DNA of 64,000 nucleotides. Origin: Candidatus Poribacteria bacterium (GTDB lineage Bacteria > Poribacteria > WGA-4E > GCA-2687025). The position numbers and the translations under genes are program-made. The stretch lies in contig OY762492.1 in the NCBI GenBank assembly GCA_963665845.2, positions 2,208,001-2,272,000 on the forward strand. Direction: 5' to 3'. Below, in pieces: positions 52,665 to 62,752 of the stretch (position 1 is its first letter; every line of letters begins with the position of its first letter). Under the pieces are notes generated by a model. The model was given only the letters and a program-made list of their open reading frames with translations, made no database searches and was not told the DNA's origin.

Positions 52665-54536
52665 ATGAAACGGCGCCTTTATACGCTGTGCGCCTGCTTT
52701 TTGATGTTGGGCGCGTTCGCGGCGTTTCCTTCAGACCGAATCTCGCAGCTCGGATTGCCGGACGGCGCCAAGATGCGCATCGGCAGGGGAACGGTACATT
52801 CGGTCGACTATTCGCCGGACGGCAAACGCATTGCGGTTGCGTCCACCATCGGCGTCTGGATCTACGACGCGCTCTACGGCAAAGAGATCGCGCTGCTTCG
52901 CGGACATACGGGATGGGTCAATACGGCGGAGTATTCGCCGGACGGCAAACGCATCGTCAGCGCCAGCTTAGACAATACGGTTCGCATCTGGGACGCTGAA
53001 ACCGGCGCGCTTCTCAACACGCTCACGGGACATACAAATCAGGCCGCCTCGGCGGCGTATTCGCCGGACGGCAAAAGAATTGTCAGCGCGAGTTGGGACA
53101 AGACGGTTCGGATATGGGACGCTGAGACCGGCGCGCTTCTCCATACGCTTGAAGGGCATACGACCTGGGTCATCTCGGCGGCGTATTCGCCGGACGGCAA
53201 ACAAATCGTCAGTGGAAGCGGCGATAAGACGGTTCGCATCTGGGACGCCAAGACAGGGGAGCCGCTCAACACGCTCAAAGGGCATACAAAGAGGGTTGTT
53301 TGGGTCGGATATTCGCCGGACGGAACGATCATTGCCAGCGGGAGCTTTGACGACACGATTCGCATCTGGGACGCGCAGACCGGGGAACCCATACGAACGC
53401 TATCGAAGCGCTATTATCATTTTGAGTCGGTCGCGTTTTCGCCGGACGGTAAGCATATCGCCAGCGGAGACGACTCCTATCTGATGTTGTGGAACGTTTC
53501 TAACGGCGCTCCTCTTCGGCCGTTCGATGGGAAAAAGGGAGCTTTTTCGATCGCGTTTTCGCCGGACGGGCATTTTATCGCCGGCGGCATCTCCAGCAAT
53601 CGGCCGTACTCCGGTAAATCAGGAGGCACATCGGACGCAAGCATCCGTATTTGGAACATTAAGTTTCGCGCTCTTGTCCGTACGTTTGACGGACATATAC
53701 ACTGCGCCCATCACGCCGGCGCCGCATTTTCGCCGGACAGCAAGCAGCTCGCCGTTCTGTTTAAGCAGTTACAGATATGGGAGGCTGACGCCGGCGCGCT
53801 TCTCAACAGAAACATTGATCCGTCTGTGCTTTGGGCGCTTGCATATTCGCCGGACGGAAAAATGTTCGCAGGAACCGAGGGCAGGACAGTGAAGATAATG
53901 GACGCCGACACCGGCGCGTCTCTCAAAACGCTTGCAGGACATTTAGATATGGTCTGGACAGCGGCGTATTCGCCGGACGGAAAGAACATCGCCACTGCCA
54001 GCAGAGACAAGACGGTTCGGATCTGGGACGCCGACACAGGCGCCCTACTCAAAACTCTGGAAGGACATACGGATGATGTCAGATCGGCGGCGTATTCATC
54101 GGACGGCAAGCGCATCGTCAGCGCGAGTTGGGATAAGACGGTTCGGATATGGGACGCGGAAACCGGCGCGCTTCTCAAAACCCTTAAAGGACATACGAGC
54201 TGGGTCAAATCAGCGATGTATTCGTCGGACGGCAAGCGCATTGTCAGCGCCGGCAAGGAAAAGACGATTCGGGTATGGGACGCCGACACAGGGGAGCCCC
54301 TCAAAACGCTTGAAGAACATACATCGGCGGCGTATTCGCCGGACAGCAAAACGCTCGCCATCGGCGGCGGGGACTACACAATTCGGATATTGAACGCCGA
54401 GACCGATGCGCTTCTCAAAACGCTTGAAGGACATACAGGAACCATCGCCTGGATCGGATATTCGCCGGACGGCAAAACGCTTGCGAGCGTAAGCGACGAC
54501 GACACCGTCCTCCTTTGGGACATCTCTGACCTTTAA
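52665..54536 (+). CDS. Secreted WD40-repeat protein
   Basis: Signal peptide; many GH...YSPDGK...IWD repeats; LPDGAKMRIGRG N-terminal motif. Confidence 0.93.
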   Translation: MKRRLYTLCACFLMLGAFAAFPSDRISQLGLPDGAKMRIGRGTVHSVDYSPDGKRIAVASTIGVWIYDALYGKEIALLRGHTGWVNTAEYSPDGKRIVSASLDNTVRIWDAETGALLNTLTGHTNQAASAAYSPDGKRIVSASWDKTVRIWDAETGALLHTLEGHTTWVISAAYSPDGKQIVSGSGDKTVRIWDAKTGEPLNTLKGHTKRVVWVGYSPDGTIIASGSFDDTIRIWDAQTGEPIRTLSKRYYHFESVAFSPDGKHIASGDDSYLMLWNVSNGAPLRPFDGKKGAFSIAFSPDGHFIAGGISSNRPYSGKSGGTSDASIRIWNIKFRALVRTFDGHIHCAHHAGAAFSPDSKQLAVLFKQLQIWEADAGALLNRNIDPSVLWALAYSPDGKMFAGTEGRTVKIMDADTGASLKTLAGHLDMVWTAAYSPDGKNIATASRDKTVRIWDADTGALLKTLEGHTDDVRSAAYSSDGKRIVSASWDKTVRIWDAETGALLKTLKGHTSWVKSAMYSSDGKRIVSAGKEKTIRVWDADTGEPLKTLEEHTSAAYSPDSKTLAIGGGDYTIRILNAETDALLKTLEGHTGTIAWIGYSPDGKTLASVSDDDTVLLWDISDL

Positions 54537-54679
54537 AGAACGGCGCGCTCAAACGGAGTGATTGGCGGCGATGACGTTGTAAGATTCCCGCTTACGCGGG
54601 AATGACGGCCTGCGGCGCGAACGCTTGCGCGGGAATGCATGTCCTCGTGAAAACGGGGGACGGCCTGAGGCGCGCCGCC

Positions 54680-55963
54680 TTAGCCGATGCGCTCCGCACC
54701 AAAATACGGAACAAGAGCCGGCGGTATGACAACGGAGCCGTCCGCCTGCTGGTTGTTTTCTAACAACGAAATGAGCAGGCGCGGAACGGCGACGCCCGAC
54801 CCGTTCAACGTGTGGGCGTATTCGGGCTTCGCTTTCGGCGCAGGGCGGTAACGTATCCCAGCGCGGCGCGCCTGAAACGCCTCAAAATTGCTGACCGAGG
54901 AGACCTCCAGCCAGCGACCCTCCCCCGCCGACCAGATCTCTATGTCGTACTGCTTCGCGGCGACGGAACCCATATCGCCCGCGCACATCAGAAGGACGCG
55001 GTAGGGAATCTCCAGCAGCTGAACGATGCGCTCCGCGTCCGCCAGCAGGCGCTCATGCTCCTCGTAAGAGGAGTCGGCGGGGACGATTTTGACCAGCTCC
55101 ACCTTGTCGAACTGATGGACGCGCAGGATGCCGCGCGTGTCGCGTCCGGCGGCGCCCGCCTCGCGCCGAAAGCAGGGCGTGTAGCCGCAGTAATGTATCG
55201 GCAGGCTCTCCGCGTCCAGGATTTCGTCCGCATGCATGTTCGTCAACGGCGCCTCCGCCGTCGGTATCAGAAACAGGTCATGCGTATGCCCGGCGACTCG
55301 ATATAACTGCCCCGCGTCAAACTTCGGCAGCTGCCCCGTTCCCAGCAGGCTGGAACGGTTCGCCAACGCCGGCGCCCATATTTCCGTGTAGCCGCGCCGC
55401 GCGTGCTGATCAAGCATGAAGCGCAGCAGCGAACGCACGAGACGCGCGCCGTCCCCCTTCAACACGGCAAAGCCTCTGCCGGCGATCTTCGCGGCGCGCG
55501 GCAGGTCTAAAATGTCGAGGCGTTCGCCCAGCGTCCAGTGCGGCAGCGGTTCAAAATCGAATGTCTTTCGTTCGCCCCACTCCTTGACGACGACATTATC
55601 GTTTTCTTCCAAGCCGTCTGGGACATCCGCATGCGGCGGGTTTGGGAGCGTCATCTGTATTTCGTTGAGGCGGGCGCGCTGGGCGGAAAGCTGTTTGTCC
55701 AGCTCATGGACGCGGCGGGAGACCGACTGCATTTCGGCGATGAGCGCGTCCGCGTTTTGGCGTTCGCGTTTCAGCGCCCCGATCTGCTTGGAGGCGGCGT
55801 TCTGCTCTTCGCGCAGGCGGTCGCGTTCAACGGTTGTCTGGCGCCATTCGGCGTCCAGTTGCAGCAGTTCGTCTAGGAGCGGGTTCAGGTTTTCCGCTCC
55901 GCGCCGTTTGAGCGATTGTCGGTATTCGTCCGCGTTTTCCCGGAGGTATCGAAGGTCTAGCAT
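54680..55963 (-). CDS. serS: Serine--tRNA ligase
   Basis: MLDLRYLR, GTGQLPKF, LIPTAE, CFRREAG, RVHQFDKVE, HTLNGSG. Confidence 0.98.
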   Translation of the reverse strand: MLDLRYLRENADEYRQSLKRRGAENLNPLLDELLQLDAEWRQTTVERDRLREEQNAASKQIGALKRERQNADALIAEMQSVSRRVHELDKQLSAQRARLNEIQMTLPNPPHADVPDGLEENDNVVVKEWGERKTFDFEPLPHWTLGERLDILDLPRAAKIAGRGFAVLKGDGARLVRSLLRFMLDQHARRGYTEIWAPALANRSSLLGTGQLPKFDAGQLYRVAGHTHDLFLIPTAEAPLTNMHADEILDAESLPIHYCGYTPCFRREAGAAGRDTRGILRVHQFDKVELVKIVPADSSYEEHERLLADAERIVQLLEIPYRVLLMCAGDMGSVAAKQYDIEIWSAGEGRWLEVSSVSNFEAFQARRAGIRYRPAPKAKPEYAHTLNGSGVAVPRLLISLLENNQQADGSVVIPPALVPYFGAERIG

Positions 55964-55987
55964 GGAAGGCGCCGTTTTAAAAAGAAA

Positions 55988-56065
55988 TGGCGAACCCGAC
56001 GAGATTTGAACTCGCGACCTCTGGCTTGACAGGCCAGCGTTCTAACCAGACTGAACTACGGGTTC
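55988..56065 (-). tRNA. tRNA-Asp(GTC)
   Basis: Cloverleaf GAACCCG...CTGGCCT-GTC-AAGCCAG...GTTCAAAT...CGGGTTCG-CCA. Confidence 0.95.
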
Positions 56066-56084
56066 GCAATTCAAGCATCGGCGA

Positions 56085-56160
56085 TGGTGAGCGGAACAGG
56101 ACTTGAACCTGCGACCTGCGGCTTGTAAGGCCGCCGCTCTCCCAGCTGAGCTATCCGCTC
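56085..56160 (-). tRNA. tRNA-Val(TAC)
   Basis: GAGCGGA TAGCTCAG...GCGGCCT-TAC-AAGCCGC...GGTTCAAGTCC...TCCGCTCA-CCA. Confidence 0.95.
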
Positions 56161-56190
56161 CGCTTATCCGCCTATGCGGTTGTGATGTTA

Positions 56191-56219
56191 AAGATAACGC
56201 GGGTCAGATTGGAGGTCAA
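56191..56219 (-). promoter_or_regulatory. Putative sigma70 promoter of tRNA-Val/tRNA-Asp/serS
   Basis: Minus strand TTGACC-17 nt-TATCTT about 30 nt before tRNA-Val. Confidence 0.55.
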
Positions 56220-56353
56220 GTGAAATTTGCCTTTTGGGGTGAAAAAATTGGGCAAACCGCTCATTTCGCGCAAAAGAACGCCCCATGAGGCTGATTCTGG
56301 GGAAGGATGCGCGGGCGCGCGCGGCGTCTGCGGCGCCTAAGATTCCCGCTTAC

Positions 56354-56470
56354 GCGGGAATGACGCGGAGAGAGGGGGCGGGAATGACGCGGAGAGAGGG
56401 GGCGGGAATGACGCGGAGAGAGGGGGCGGGAATGACGCGGAGAGAGGGGGCGGGAATGACGCGGAGAGGG
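56354..56470. repeat. 24-bp tandem repeat x~5
   Basis: GCGGGAATGACGCGGAGAGAGGGG repeated. Confidence 0.9.
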
Positions 56471-56498
56471 ATGCGCGGGCGCGCGGGCATGGACGATC

Positions 56499-57881
56499 TC
56501 AAAACAGGGCGATGGTTGGATCCAGCTCCTTGCCCGTGTACGGGTTCAGCATCTGCGGAAGGCTGGGGAGGCGGCGTTCAAAATAGTCTTGGATTGACCA
56601 GAGCTGCAGCCGTTCATACTCGGTTCCTAAGACGGCGATCTTGCCTTTTTCGCGCGCTTCGGCTCTTGCGGCGCGCGTCTCTACAGGATCCAACGTGATG
56701 TAATAGCCGAGAGCCGCCTGGTCGCGTTCCATGACGCCGCTGAAATCGCGCAGATGCGACAGGCTGAACCGCCCGCCCTTCACCTGCGCCAGCGCGAGGC
56801 GCGACTCGGCGCCGTCGGGAGCATGCGCCAACGCCGCCCTGCCGTCCACGCCGCCGTCGCCTGTCTGCTTCATATTTGGGGCAAATCCAGGCAGGCGCAT
56901 CACCGCCCAGGATTCAAAATCGAACGGCTTCTCGCGCGCCGACTTACGCGCCGACGCCATGTCCCGCGGTATTCCCTTCGCCGGTATGTTTTCGTTTTTA
57001 AACCGCTCCTTGCGTATCAGGTCGATCGCAAAGGAGCTGATGTCGATGCCCGCCCATCGGCGGTTGAGGCGTCGGGCGGCGTCGATGGATGTGCTGCATC
57101 CGCAGAACGGGTCTAAGACGATGTCGCCTTCGTTGGAGGACGCCTTGATGATGCGTTCCAGCAGTTTCAACGGCTTTTGAGTCGGGTAACCCGTATGCTC
57201 GCTTGCCCACGGCATGATCGAGTTGAGAACGATCACATCGTCCGGCAGTTTGCCTTTCTCATAATTTCTTTCCGATCCGTCCGCCCGCCGCTGTCCTTTT
57301 GTCCATTTGTATGGAACGCGGACATCGTCCACATTGAATGTCCAGCGGTTCGATTTTGTATAAAAAAAGATCGTGTCGTGCTTGCGCGCAAACCGCTTTT
57401 TAGACGCTCCGCCGCCGCTGTAGTGCCAGACCAGCTCGTTTTGAAAATGCCCCTTCCCAAAGACAGCGTCCATAACGATTTTGAGATAATGGCTGGCGGT
57501 CGGGTCGCAGTGGAGATAGAGCGAGCCTGTCGGTTTCAGCAGGCGGCGCATCTCGATCAGCCTCTCCGCCATGTAGGTTAGATACGCCAGCATACCGCTT
57601 TTGCCGAGTATCTGCCGCAAGCCGACGATCGTATCGCGGGCGGGTCGCGCTAAGGCGTTTTCAAACGCTTCATAACGTTCGACCGCCGCGTCGTCCCAGT
57701 GCCATGTGTCGTTGAAGGCGCGGTATTGCGCCTTGCCGCCGGCAGGTTCGTCGGCGAAGAGGACATTGTATTTGGCGGCGCTGTTGAACGGCGGGTCGAG
57801 ATAAATCAGGTCGACGCATTCGGCGTCCCACTGGCGCATCCAGTCTAGGCAGTCGCCGTAGTAGAGATGGTTCGGCTGCAT
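56499..57881 (-). CDS. DNA methyltransferase (beta class) fused to C-terminal Mrr-like nuclease domain
   Basis: DPPF, YPTQKP, DPFCGC; C-terminal FDFESWAV...GDGGVDG...LAQVKGG. Confidence 0.88.
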   Translation of the reverse strand: MQPNHLYYGDCLDWMRQWDAECVDLIYLDPPFNSAAKYNVLFADEPAGGKAQYRAFNDTWHWDDAAVERYEAFENALARPARDTIVGLRQILGKSGMLAYLTYMAERLIEMRRLLKPTGSLYLHCDPTASHYLKIVMDAVFGKGHFQNELVWHYSGGGASKKRFARKHDTIFFYTKSNRWTFNVDDVRVPYKWTKGQRRADGSERNYEKGKLPDDVIVLNSIMPWASEHTGYPTQKPLKLLERIIKASSNEGDIVLDPFCGCSTSIDAARRLNRRWAGIDISSFAIDLIRKERFKNENIPAKGIPRDMASARKSAREKPFDFESWAVMRLPGFAPNMKQTGDGGVDGRAALAHAPDGAESRLALAQVKGGRFSLSHLRDFSGVMERDQAALGYYITLDPVETRAARAEAREKGKIAVLGTEYERLQLWSIQDYFERRLPSLPQMLNPYTGKELDPTIALF

Positions 57882-57960
57882 TGCTGTTTCCCCTAGAAAG
57901 AGGCTGCCGTCGCTTTAACATGAGACAAATGCGCGGCGTTGTCAAGGACGCAGGCGGTTC

Positions 57961-58870
57961 TAGACTCCCCCCTTGAAAAGGGGGGCTGGGGGGTTTTCAG
58001 CGGGCGGGTTGCGCTTGGTTTTGAACTAGGATGGAAGGATTAGTAAGATTGCCAAGATAGGGCTTACAGGCATTCTTTTGGCAATCTTTTCAATCTTGGC
58101 AATCCTAGTTCAGACAACGAGGGATGGCGCCGGCGGATAGATAGCGGTTTTGACGAATGCGAACGGTTCTTGCCGGGACTCTGGATTCCCGCTTGCGCGG
58201 GAATGACGGCGTGTGGAGACGACGCGAATGGCGGATGCGGGCGGTTTTGGCGGCTCTGACTAGACTCCCCCTTGAAAAGGGGGGCAGGGGGGGTTTTCAG
58301 CGGGCGGGTTGCGCTTGGTTTTGAACTAGGATGGAAGGATTAGTAAGATTGCCAAGATAGGGGCTTACAGGCATTCTTTTGGCAATCTTTTCAATCTTGG
58401 CAATCCTAGTTCAGACAACGAGGGATGGCGCCGGCGGATAGATGGCGGTTTTGACGAATGCGAACGGTTCTTGCCGGGACTCTGGATTCCCGCTTGCGCG
58501 GGAATGACGGCGTGTGGAGACGACGCGAATGGCGGATGCGGGCGGTTTTGGCGGCTCTGACTAGACTCCCCCTTGAAAAGGGGGGCAGGGGGGGTTTTCA
58601 GCGGGCGGGTTGCGCTTGGTTTTGAACTAGGATGGAAGGATTAGTAAGATTGCCAAGATAGGGGCTTACAGGCATTCTTTTGGCAATCTTTTCAATCTTG
58701 GCAATCCTAGTTCAGACAACGAGGGATGGCGCCGGCGGATAGATGGCGGTTTTGACGAATGCGAACGGTTCTTGCCGGGACTCTGGATTCCCGCTTGCGC
58801 GGGAATGACTCCCGGCGGCGCGGGAGCTGCTAGACTCCCCCCTTGAAAAGGGGGGCAGGGGGGGTTTCCG
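57961..58870. repeat. ~300-bp tandem repeat x3 built from three palindromic repeat families
   Basis: Units start at 57961, 58261 and 58562; each has CCCCCTTGAAAAGGGGG, the family-3 hairpin and ATTCCC-N8-GGGAAT. Confidence 0.92.
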
Positions 58871-59041
58871 CGGGGGCGAACAGCTCCCGCGGCGCCTAAG
58901 ATTCCCGCTTGCGCGGGAATGGCCCCCGTTTTCACGGGGGCAGGCTATGGGGGCGCGCCTGCCTACATAAAAATTATCCACAATTTGTCAACTGCTGCGT
59001 TAAGAGAGGCGACTCTGCCTCTTAACCGCGACGCCGCCAAC

Positions 59042-60343
59042 ATGGAGAACCTATTGCCGATGCGCCTATCGTTCACCGACTTTAAACGGCTCTTCAAATG
59101 GAAACGAAAAAACCCGTCTGAACCGACGCTGCGCGAACTGGGCGCGTCCGGCACCGCGCTTTTCAGCGGCAATCTATGGGAAGAACTGCTGCCTGAATTG
59201 AGCGGACCGGCGCGCATGGAGGTTTATGAACGCATGCGCGCCGACGCGCAGGTTGCCGCCGTCCTGAACGTCATTGAGCTGCCGATACGCGCCGCCGATT
59301 TTACCGTTGAGCCTGCTGACGCCGGCGCGTCCGCCCGCGAAACCGCCGAATTCATCGACGACGCCCTCCGCTGTATGGACGACTCCTTCGACGATTTCCT
59401 GCGCCAATCGCTGCTGATGCTCGCTTACGGGTTCATGCTGTTTGAGAAGGTGTATGAGGTCCGCCCGGACGGGCGCATCGGGTGGGTCAAGTTTGCCCCG
59501 CGCCTGCCGCGCACCGTCGTACGCTGGGCTCATGACGGCGCGGGTCGGCTGTCGGGCGTTGAGCAGCGCGTCATCGGCGACGCGGCGCGCCATGTCGTCA
59601 TCCCCGTTGAGAAGCTGATGCGGTTCACCTACCGCCAAGAGGGGGACAATTACGAAGGGCGCCCTCTGCTCAAAGATGTGTATAAACACTGGCGGCACAA
59701 GGACACATTATACAGGTTTGCGGCGATTGCGGCGGAGCGCGCCGGGGTCGGCGTTCCGATCATCACCGTGCCGCCTGGGACGCCGCAGTCGGATCTGAAC
59801 GCGGCGTTTCAGATTGTGGAGGCGTTTCGCGCGGGCGAAAAGACCGGCATTGTGCTGCCGAACGATTACACGTTTGCGCTGTCGGCGACGCGCGGATTTC
59901 CGCATATGAACCTGATTGAACATCACAACGGCATGATCGCCAAGGCGGCTCTCGCGCAGTTTTTGAATCTCGGTCAGGCAAATGTGGGCAGTTTTGCGCT
60001 GTCCGCCTCGCAGACCGACCTGTTTTTGATGGCTCTGAACGGCTTGCTGCAGCATCTGTGCGCCGTCATCAATCGGCAGGCTGTACAGGAGCTGTCGCGC
60101 TGGAACTTCGGCGGGAACGCGCCGGTTCCGCGCATCCGCGCCAAGCTGCGCAACTACGACACGCGCCAGCTTGCGGAGACGCTGGATATGTTGACGCGCG
60201 GCGAGCTGCTGACGCCGGACGAGTCGGTTGAGGCGTTCATACGCGAAACGCTTGACCTGCCTTCCAAACGCGCATCGAAACGCGCCAACCATGAACAGAA
60301 AGGAGAAACGATGCATGACAATCGAAAAGGAGAACGTCTATGA
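59042..60343 (+). CDS. Phage portal protein (DUF935/Mu gp29-like)
   Basis: ELGASG, YERMRADAQVAAVL, YGFMLFEKVY, GRPLLK.VYKHW, ERAGVGVP, GSFALS. Confidence 0.85.
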   Translation: MENLLPMRLSFTDFKRLFKWKRKNPSEPTLRELGASGTALFSGNLWEELLPELSGPARMEVYERMRADAQVAAVLNVIELPIRAADFTVEPADAGASARETAEFIDDALRCMDDSFDDFLRQSLLMLAYGFMLFEKVYEVRPDGRIGWVKFAPRLPRTVVRWAHDGAGRLSGVEQRVIGDAARHVVIPVEKLMRFTYRQEGDNYEGRPLLKDVYKHWRHKDTLYRFAAIAAERAGVGVPIITVPPGTPQSDLNAAFQIVEAFRAGEKTGIVLPNDYTFALSATRGFPHMNLIEHHNGMIAKAALAQFLNLGQANVGSFALSASQTDLFLMALNGLLQHLCAVINRQAVQELSRWNFGGNAPVPRIRAKLRNYDTRQLAETLDMLTRGELLTPDESVEAFIRETLDLPSKRASKRANHEQKGETMHDNRKGERL

Positions 60344-61275
60344 ACAAAACGCCTGCCAAACGGTTTTTCGCCTCTCTCGCGCTGAATGAGCGCGTCGGCG
60401 GGGAGTCGCCGAAATGGGTCTCTAGCGTTCAGCTGCTGCGCAAAGGCGTGTTTCAGCACGCTTGGCACGGATCGCTTGAGATCGATGAAGATTTGTTTGC
60501 CTCGCTGATACGCAACTTCGACGCGGACGCGCGCGGCATCGACATCGCGCTGGATGTGGAGCATATGCCGGATCTGGGCGCCGCGGGATGGTTCCGCCGT
60601 CTGTTTGCGGACAACTCGGAGAGCGAGCTGTGGGGCGATGTGGAATGGACGCCTGCCGGACGAAAGCTGGTGGAGGAGGGCGCGTTCAAGTACCTCTCCA
60701 TCGAATACGATCTGGACTACGCGGACGAGGAGGGCGGCAAACATGGTCCGACGATGCTGGGCGCGGCGTTGACAAACCGCCCGTTCATCAAGCGCATGCG
60801 CGCCGCTTCGTTCCGTTTTGCCGAGCCGAGCAGCGACCCTGGGATGATTCTGTTGACGGAGCAGGAGCGGCGTCTCCACAGCGAGCTGGCGCGGCTGGAC
60901 GCCGAGAAGGCGCGGCTGGAAACGGAGCTGCGCAAGGCGTCGGTGGAGCGGGTTCTCTCGGAAGGCAAGCGGAGGGGGCGCGTCTCTCCCGCGATGGAGA
61001 GCTGGCTGGAGGAGCTGGCGGAAAAAGAGGGGGTTGAACGTCTGCGCGCCGTTCTGGAGACGCTTCCTGAACAGATCGACTTTTCGGAGATTGGTTCGCC
61101 CGGCGGCGCGCAGTCGACAAGCGCGGCGGACGCTCTCCATGAAGCGGTGAACGCGGAGATGCGCCGCATGCGCGAGGAAAACCCGGACGCGAACCCGTCC
61201 TATGCGGACGCGCTGGCGGCGGTGGAATCTCGGCAGCCGGGGCTTGTGGAGGCGTATAAGGCGCAGCGGCGGTGA
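60340..61275 (+). CDS. Mu-like prohead protease/scaffold (gpI family)
   Basis: LDVEH..AAGW, VEWTPAG, FKYLS, GAALTNRPF; C-terminal coiled coil with GRVSPA. Confidence 0.88.
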   Translation: MNKTPAKRFFASLALNERVGGESPKWVSSVQLLRKGVFQHAWHGSLEIDEDLFASLIRNFDADARGIDIALDVEHMPDLGAAGWFRRLFADNSESELWGDVEWTPAGRKLVEEGAFKYLSIEYDLDYADEEGGKHGPTMLGAALTNRPFIKRMRAASFRFAEPSSDPGMILLTEQERRLHSELARLDAEKARLETELRKASVERVLSEGKRRGRVSPAMESWLEELAEKEGVERLRAVLETLPEQIDFSEIGSPGGAQSTSAADALHEAVNAEMRRMREENPDANPSYADALAAVESRQPGLVEAYKAQRR

Positions 61276-61327
61276 GCGGCGCGCTGTTTTCTTAAACAAA
61301 AACGCCATGCAAACGAAAGGAGAGGTC

Positions 61328-61723
61328 ATGGCGACTCAACAGCTGGTGACAGGAAACGAGGTCAGTTACGGGGCTTCCGCCGACTTGAGCGGCAAGCCGT
61401 TTCGTTATGTGAAACTGGCGTCGATATCGGGTCAGGTCGCGCTGTGCGGCGCGGCGGACATACCGGTCGGCGTCTTGCAGAATCGCCCCCGTTCGGGGGA
61501 CGCCGCGGCGGTCATCACGCTTTCAGGCGCGGTGGCGAAGGCGGTCTCGGACGGGTCGCAGAGCGCCATCGCCATCGGCGACACGGTCGGCTCCGACGCG
61601 AACGGAAAGGCGGTCAAAAAGACGGTCGCCGGGAGCTGGTACAACGGCGTCGCCCTGGAAACGTCCAGCCAGGACGGCAAGGTGATTCGCATTCAGCTGA
61701 CCGGTCCGCAGCAGCGGTCTTAA
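61328..61723 (+). CDS. Capsid cement/decoration protein (DUF2190-like)
   Basis: ASADL, GVLQNRP, IAIGD.VGSDANGKAV, GVALE; located between protease and capsid genes. Confidence 0.75.
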   Translation: MATQQLVTGNEVSYGASADLSGKPFRYVKLASISGQVALCGAADIPVGVLQNRPRSGDAAAVITLSGAVAKAVSDGSQSAIAIGDTVGSDANGKAVKKTVAGSWYNGVALETSSQDGKVIRIQLTGPQQRS

Positions 61724-61759
61724 CACTGATCAGGGCGATGAAAACGAAAGGAGACGCCC

Positions 61760-62698
61760 ATGCCGTTCCCGAGCGCGCGCGACGTCCATCAGGACAGCGT
61801 GCTGACAAATCTCTCGGTTCAATACCGCAACGAAGAATACATTGCCGCGCAGTGCGTTCCGAAGGTCCTGGTGCGGAAAGCGTCCGACAAGTACTACGAG
61901 TTCGATCAGGGCGACTGGTTCCGCGACGAAGCGGGCGAACGCGCCGCCGCGACCACCGGCCCGGTCGGCGGATACAGCCTCTCGACGCGCAGCTACGACA
62001 CGAAGCAGTACTCGATGGCGACCTATGTCGCGGACGAGGAGCGGGACAACGCGGACGCGGGTCTCGACCTGGACCGGCAAGCCATCGAATACTGCGCCGA
62101 CAAGGTTCAGCTGCGGTTTGAAACGCAGGCGGCGGGTCTGCTTTTCAAGGTGGGCAGTTACCCGACGGGGCATAAAAAGACGCTCAGCGGAACCGCCCAG
62201 TGGAGCGACGCCGCCTCGACGCCGATAGCGGACATCCGGGCGGCGAAGTCGCAGGTCGGCGGGGCCATCGGGCGTCAGCCCAACACGCTCATTCTGGGCG
62301 AGCAGACCTATCTTCAGCTCCAGGACCATCCGGACGTCTTGGACAGGGTGAAGTACACGCAGAGCGGGGCGGTGACGCCTGATCTGCTGGCGGGCTTGTT
62401 CGATGTGAAGCGCGTTCTTGTCGGGCGGGCTGTTCAGAACACGGCGGCGGAAGGGCTGGAGCCGTCCTACGCGCGCGTCTGGGGCAAGCACGCGGCGCTG
62501 ATCTACACGGCTCCGACGCCGGGTCTGCGCACGCTTTCGTTCGCTTACTGGTTCGTCTGGCGCGGTTACGATTTCACGGCGGAGCGCTGGCGGAAGTCGG
62601 ACGGGGGCGCCTCGGACGGTTTTCGGGTTCGCGCGCAGTGGGATTCGAAGATCGCGGCGAAGACGGCGGGTTATTTCATCGAGAACGCTGTCGCTTGA
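61760..62698 (+). CDS. Major capsid protein
   Basis: LTNLSVQYRN..YIA..VPKV.V, WSD..STPIADI, GRQPNTLILG..Y..L..HP, AGYFIENAVA; position in head operon. Confidence 0.85.
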   Translation: MPFPSARDVHQDSVLTNLSVQYRNEEYIAAQCVPKVLVRKASDKYYEFDQGDWFRDEAGERAAATTGPVGGYSLSTRSYDTKQYSMATYVADEERDNADAGLDLDRQAIEYCADKVQLRFETQAAGLLFKVGSYPTGHKKTLSGTAQWSDAASTPIADIRAAKSQVGGAIGRQPNTLILGEQTYLQLQDHPDVLDRVKYTQSGAVTPDLLAGLFDVKRVLVGRAVQNTAAEGLEPSYARVWGKHAALIYTAPTPGLRTLSFAYWFVWRGYDFTAERWRKSDGGASDGFRVRAQWDSKIAAKTAGYFIENAVA

Positions 62699-62752
62699 CA
62701 GCTTCCGTTCCTTCATGAGTCGGATGAGTCGGCCGGCGGTTCTGCCGCCTCT

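Noticed and set aside
52665-54536. Nucleotide-level repeats as a diversity-generating retroelement
   Set aside because: Explained by WD40 repeats; no reverse transcriptase or adenine-specific TR/VR pair seen
55988-56160. tRNA-Asp/tRNA-Val as prophage attachment site
   Set aside because: No duplicated tRNA 3' end or integrase seen; the phage head genes lie on the 5' side and serS directly follows the 3' end
56354-56470. Possible CRISPR array (also 20787-20878 and 57961-58870)
   Set aside because: Units are identical with no unique spacers, and there are no cas genes in the window
58919-59041. N-terminal extension of the portal ORF
   Set aside because: Starts inside a REP palindrome; ATG 59042 or 59060 is more plausible
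61760-62698. Encapsulin nanocompartment interpretation of the capsid gene
   Set aside because: Portal, protease, connector and terminase genes indicate a DNA-packaging head rather than a stand-alone shell
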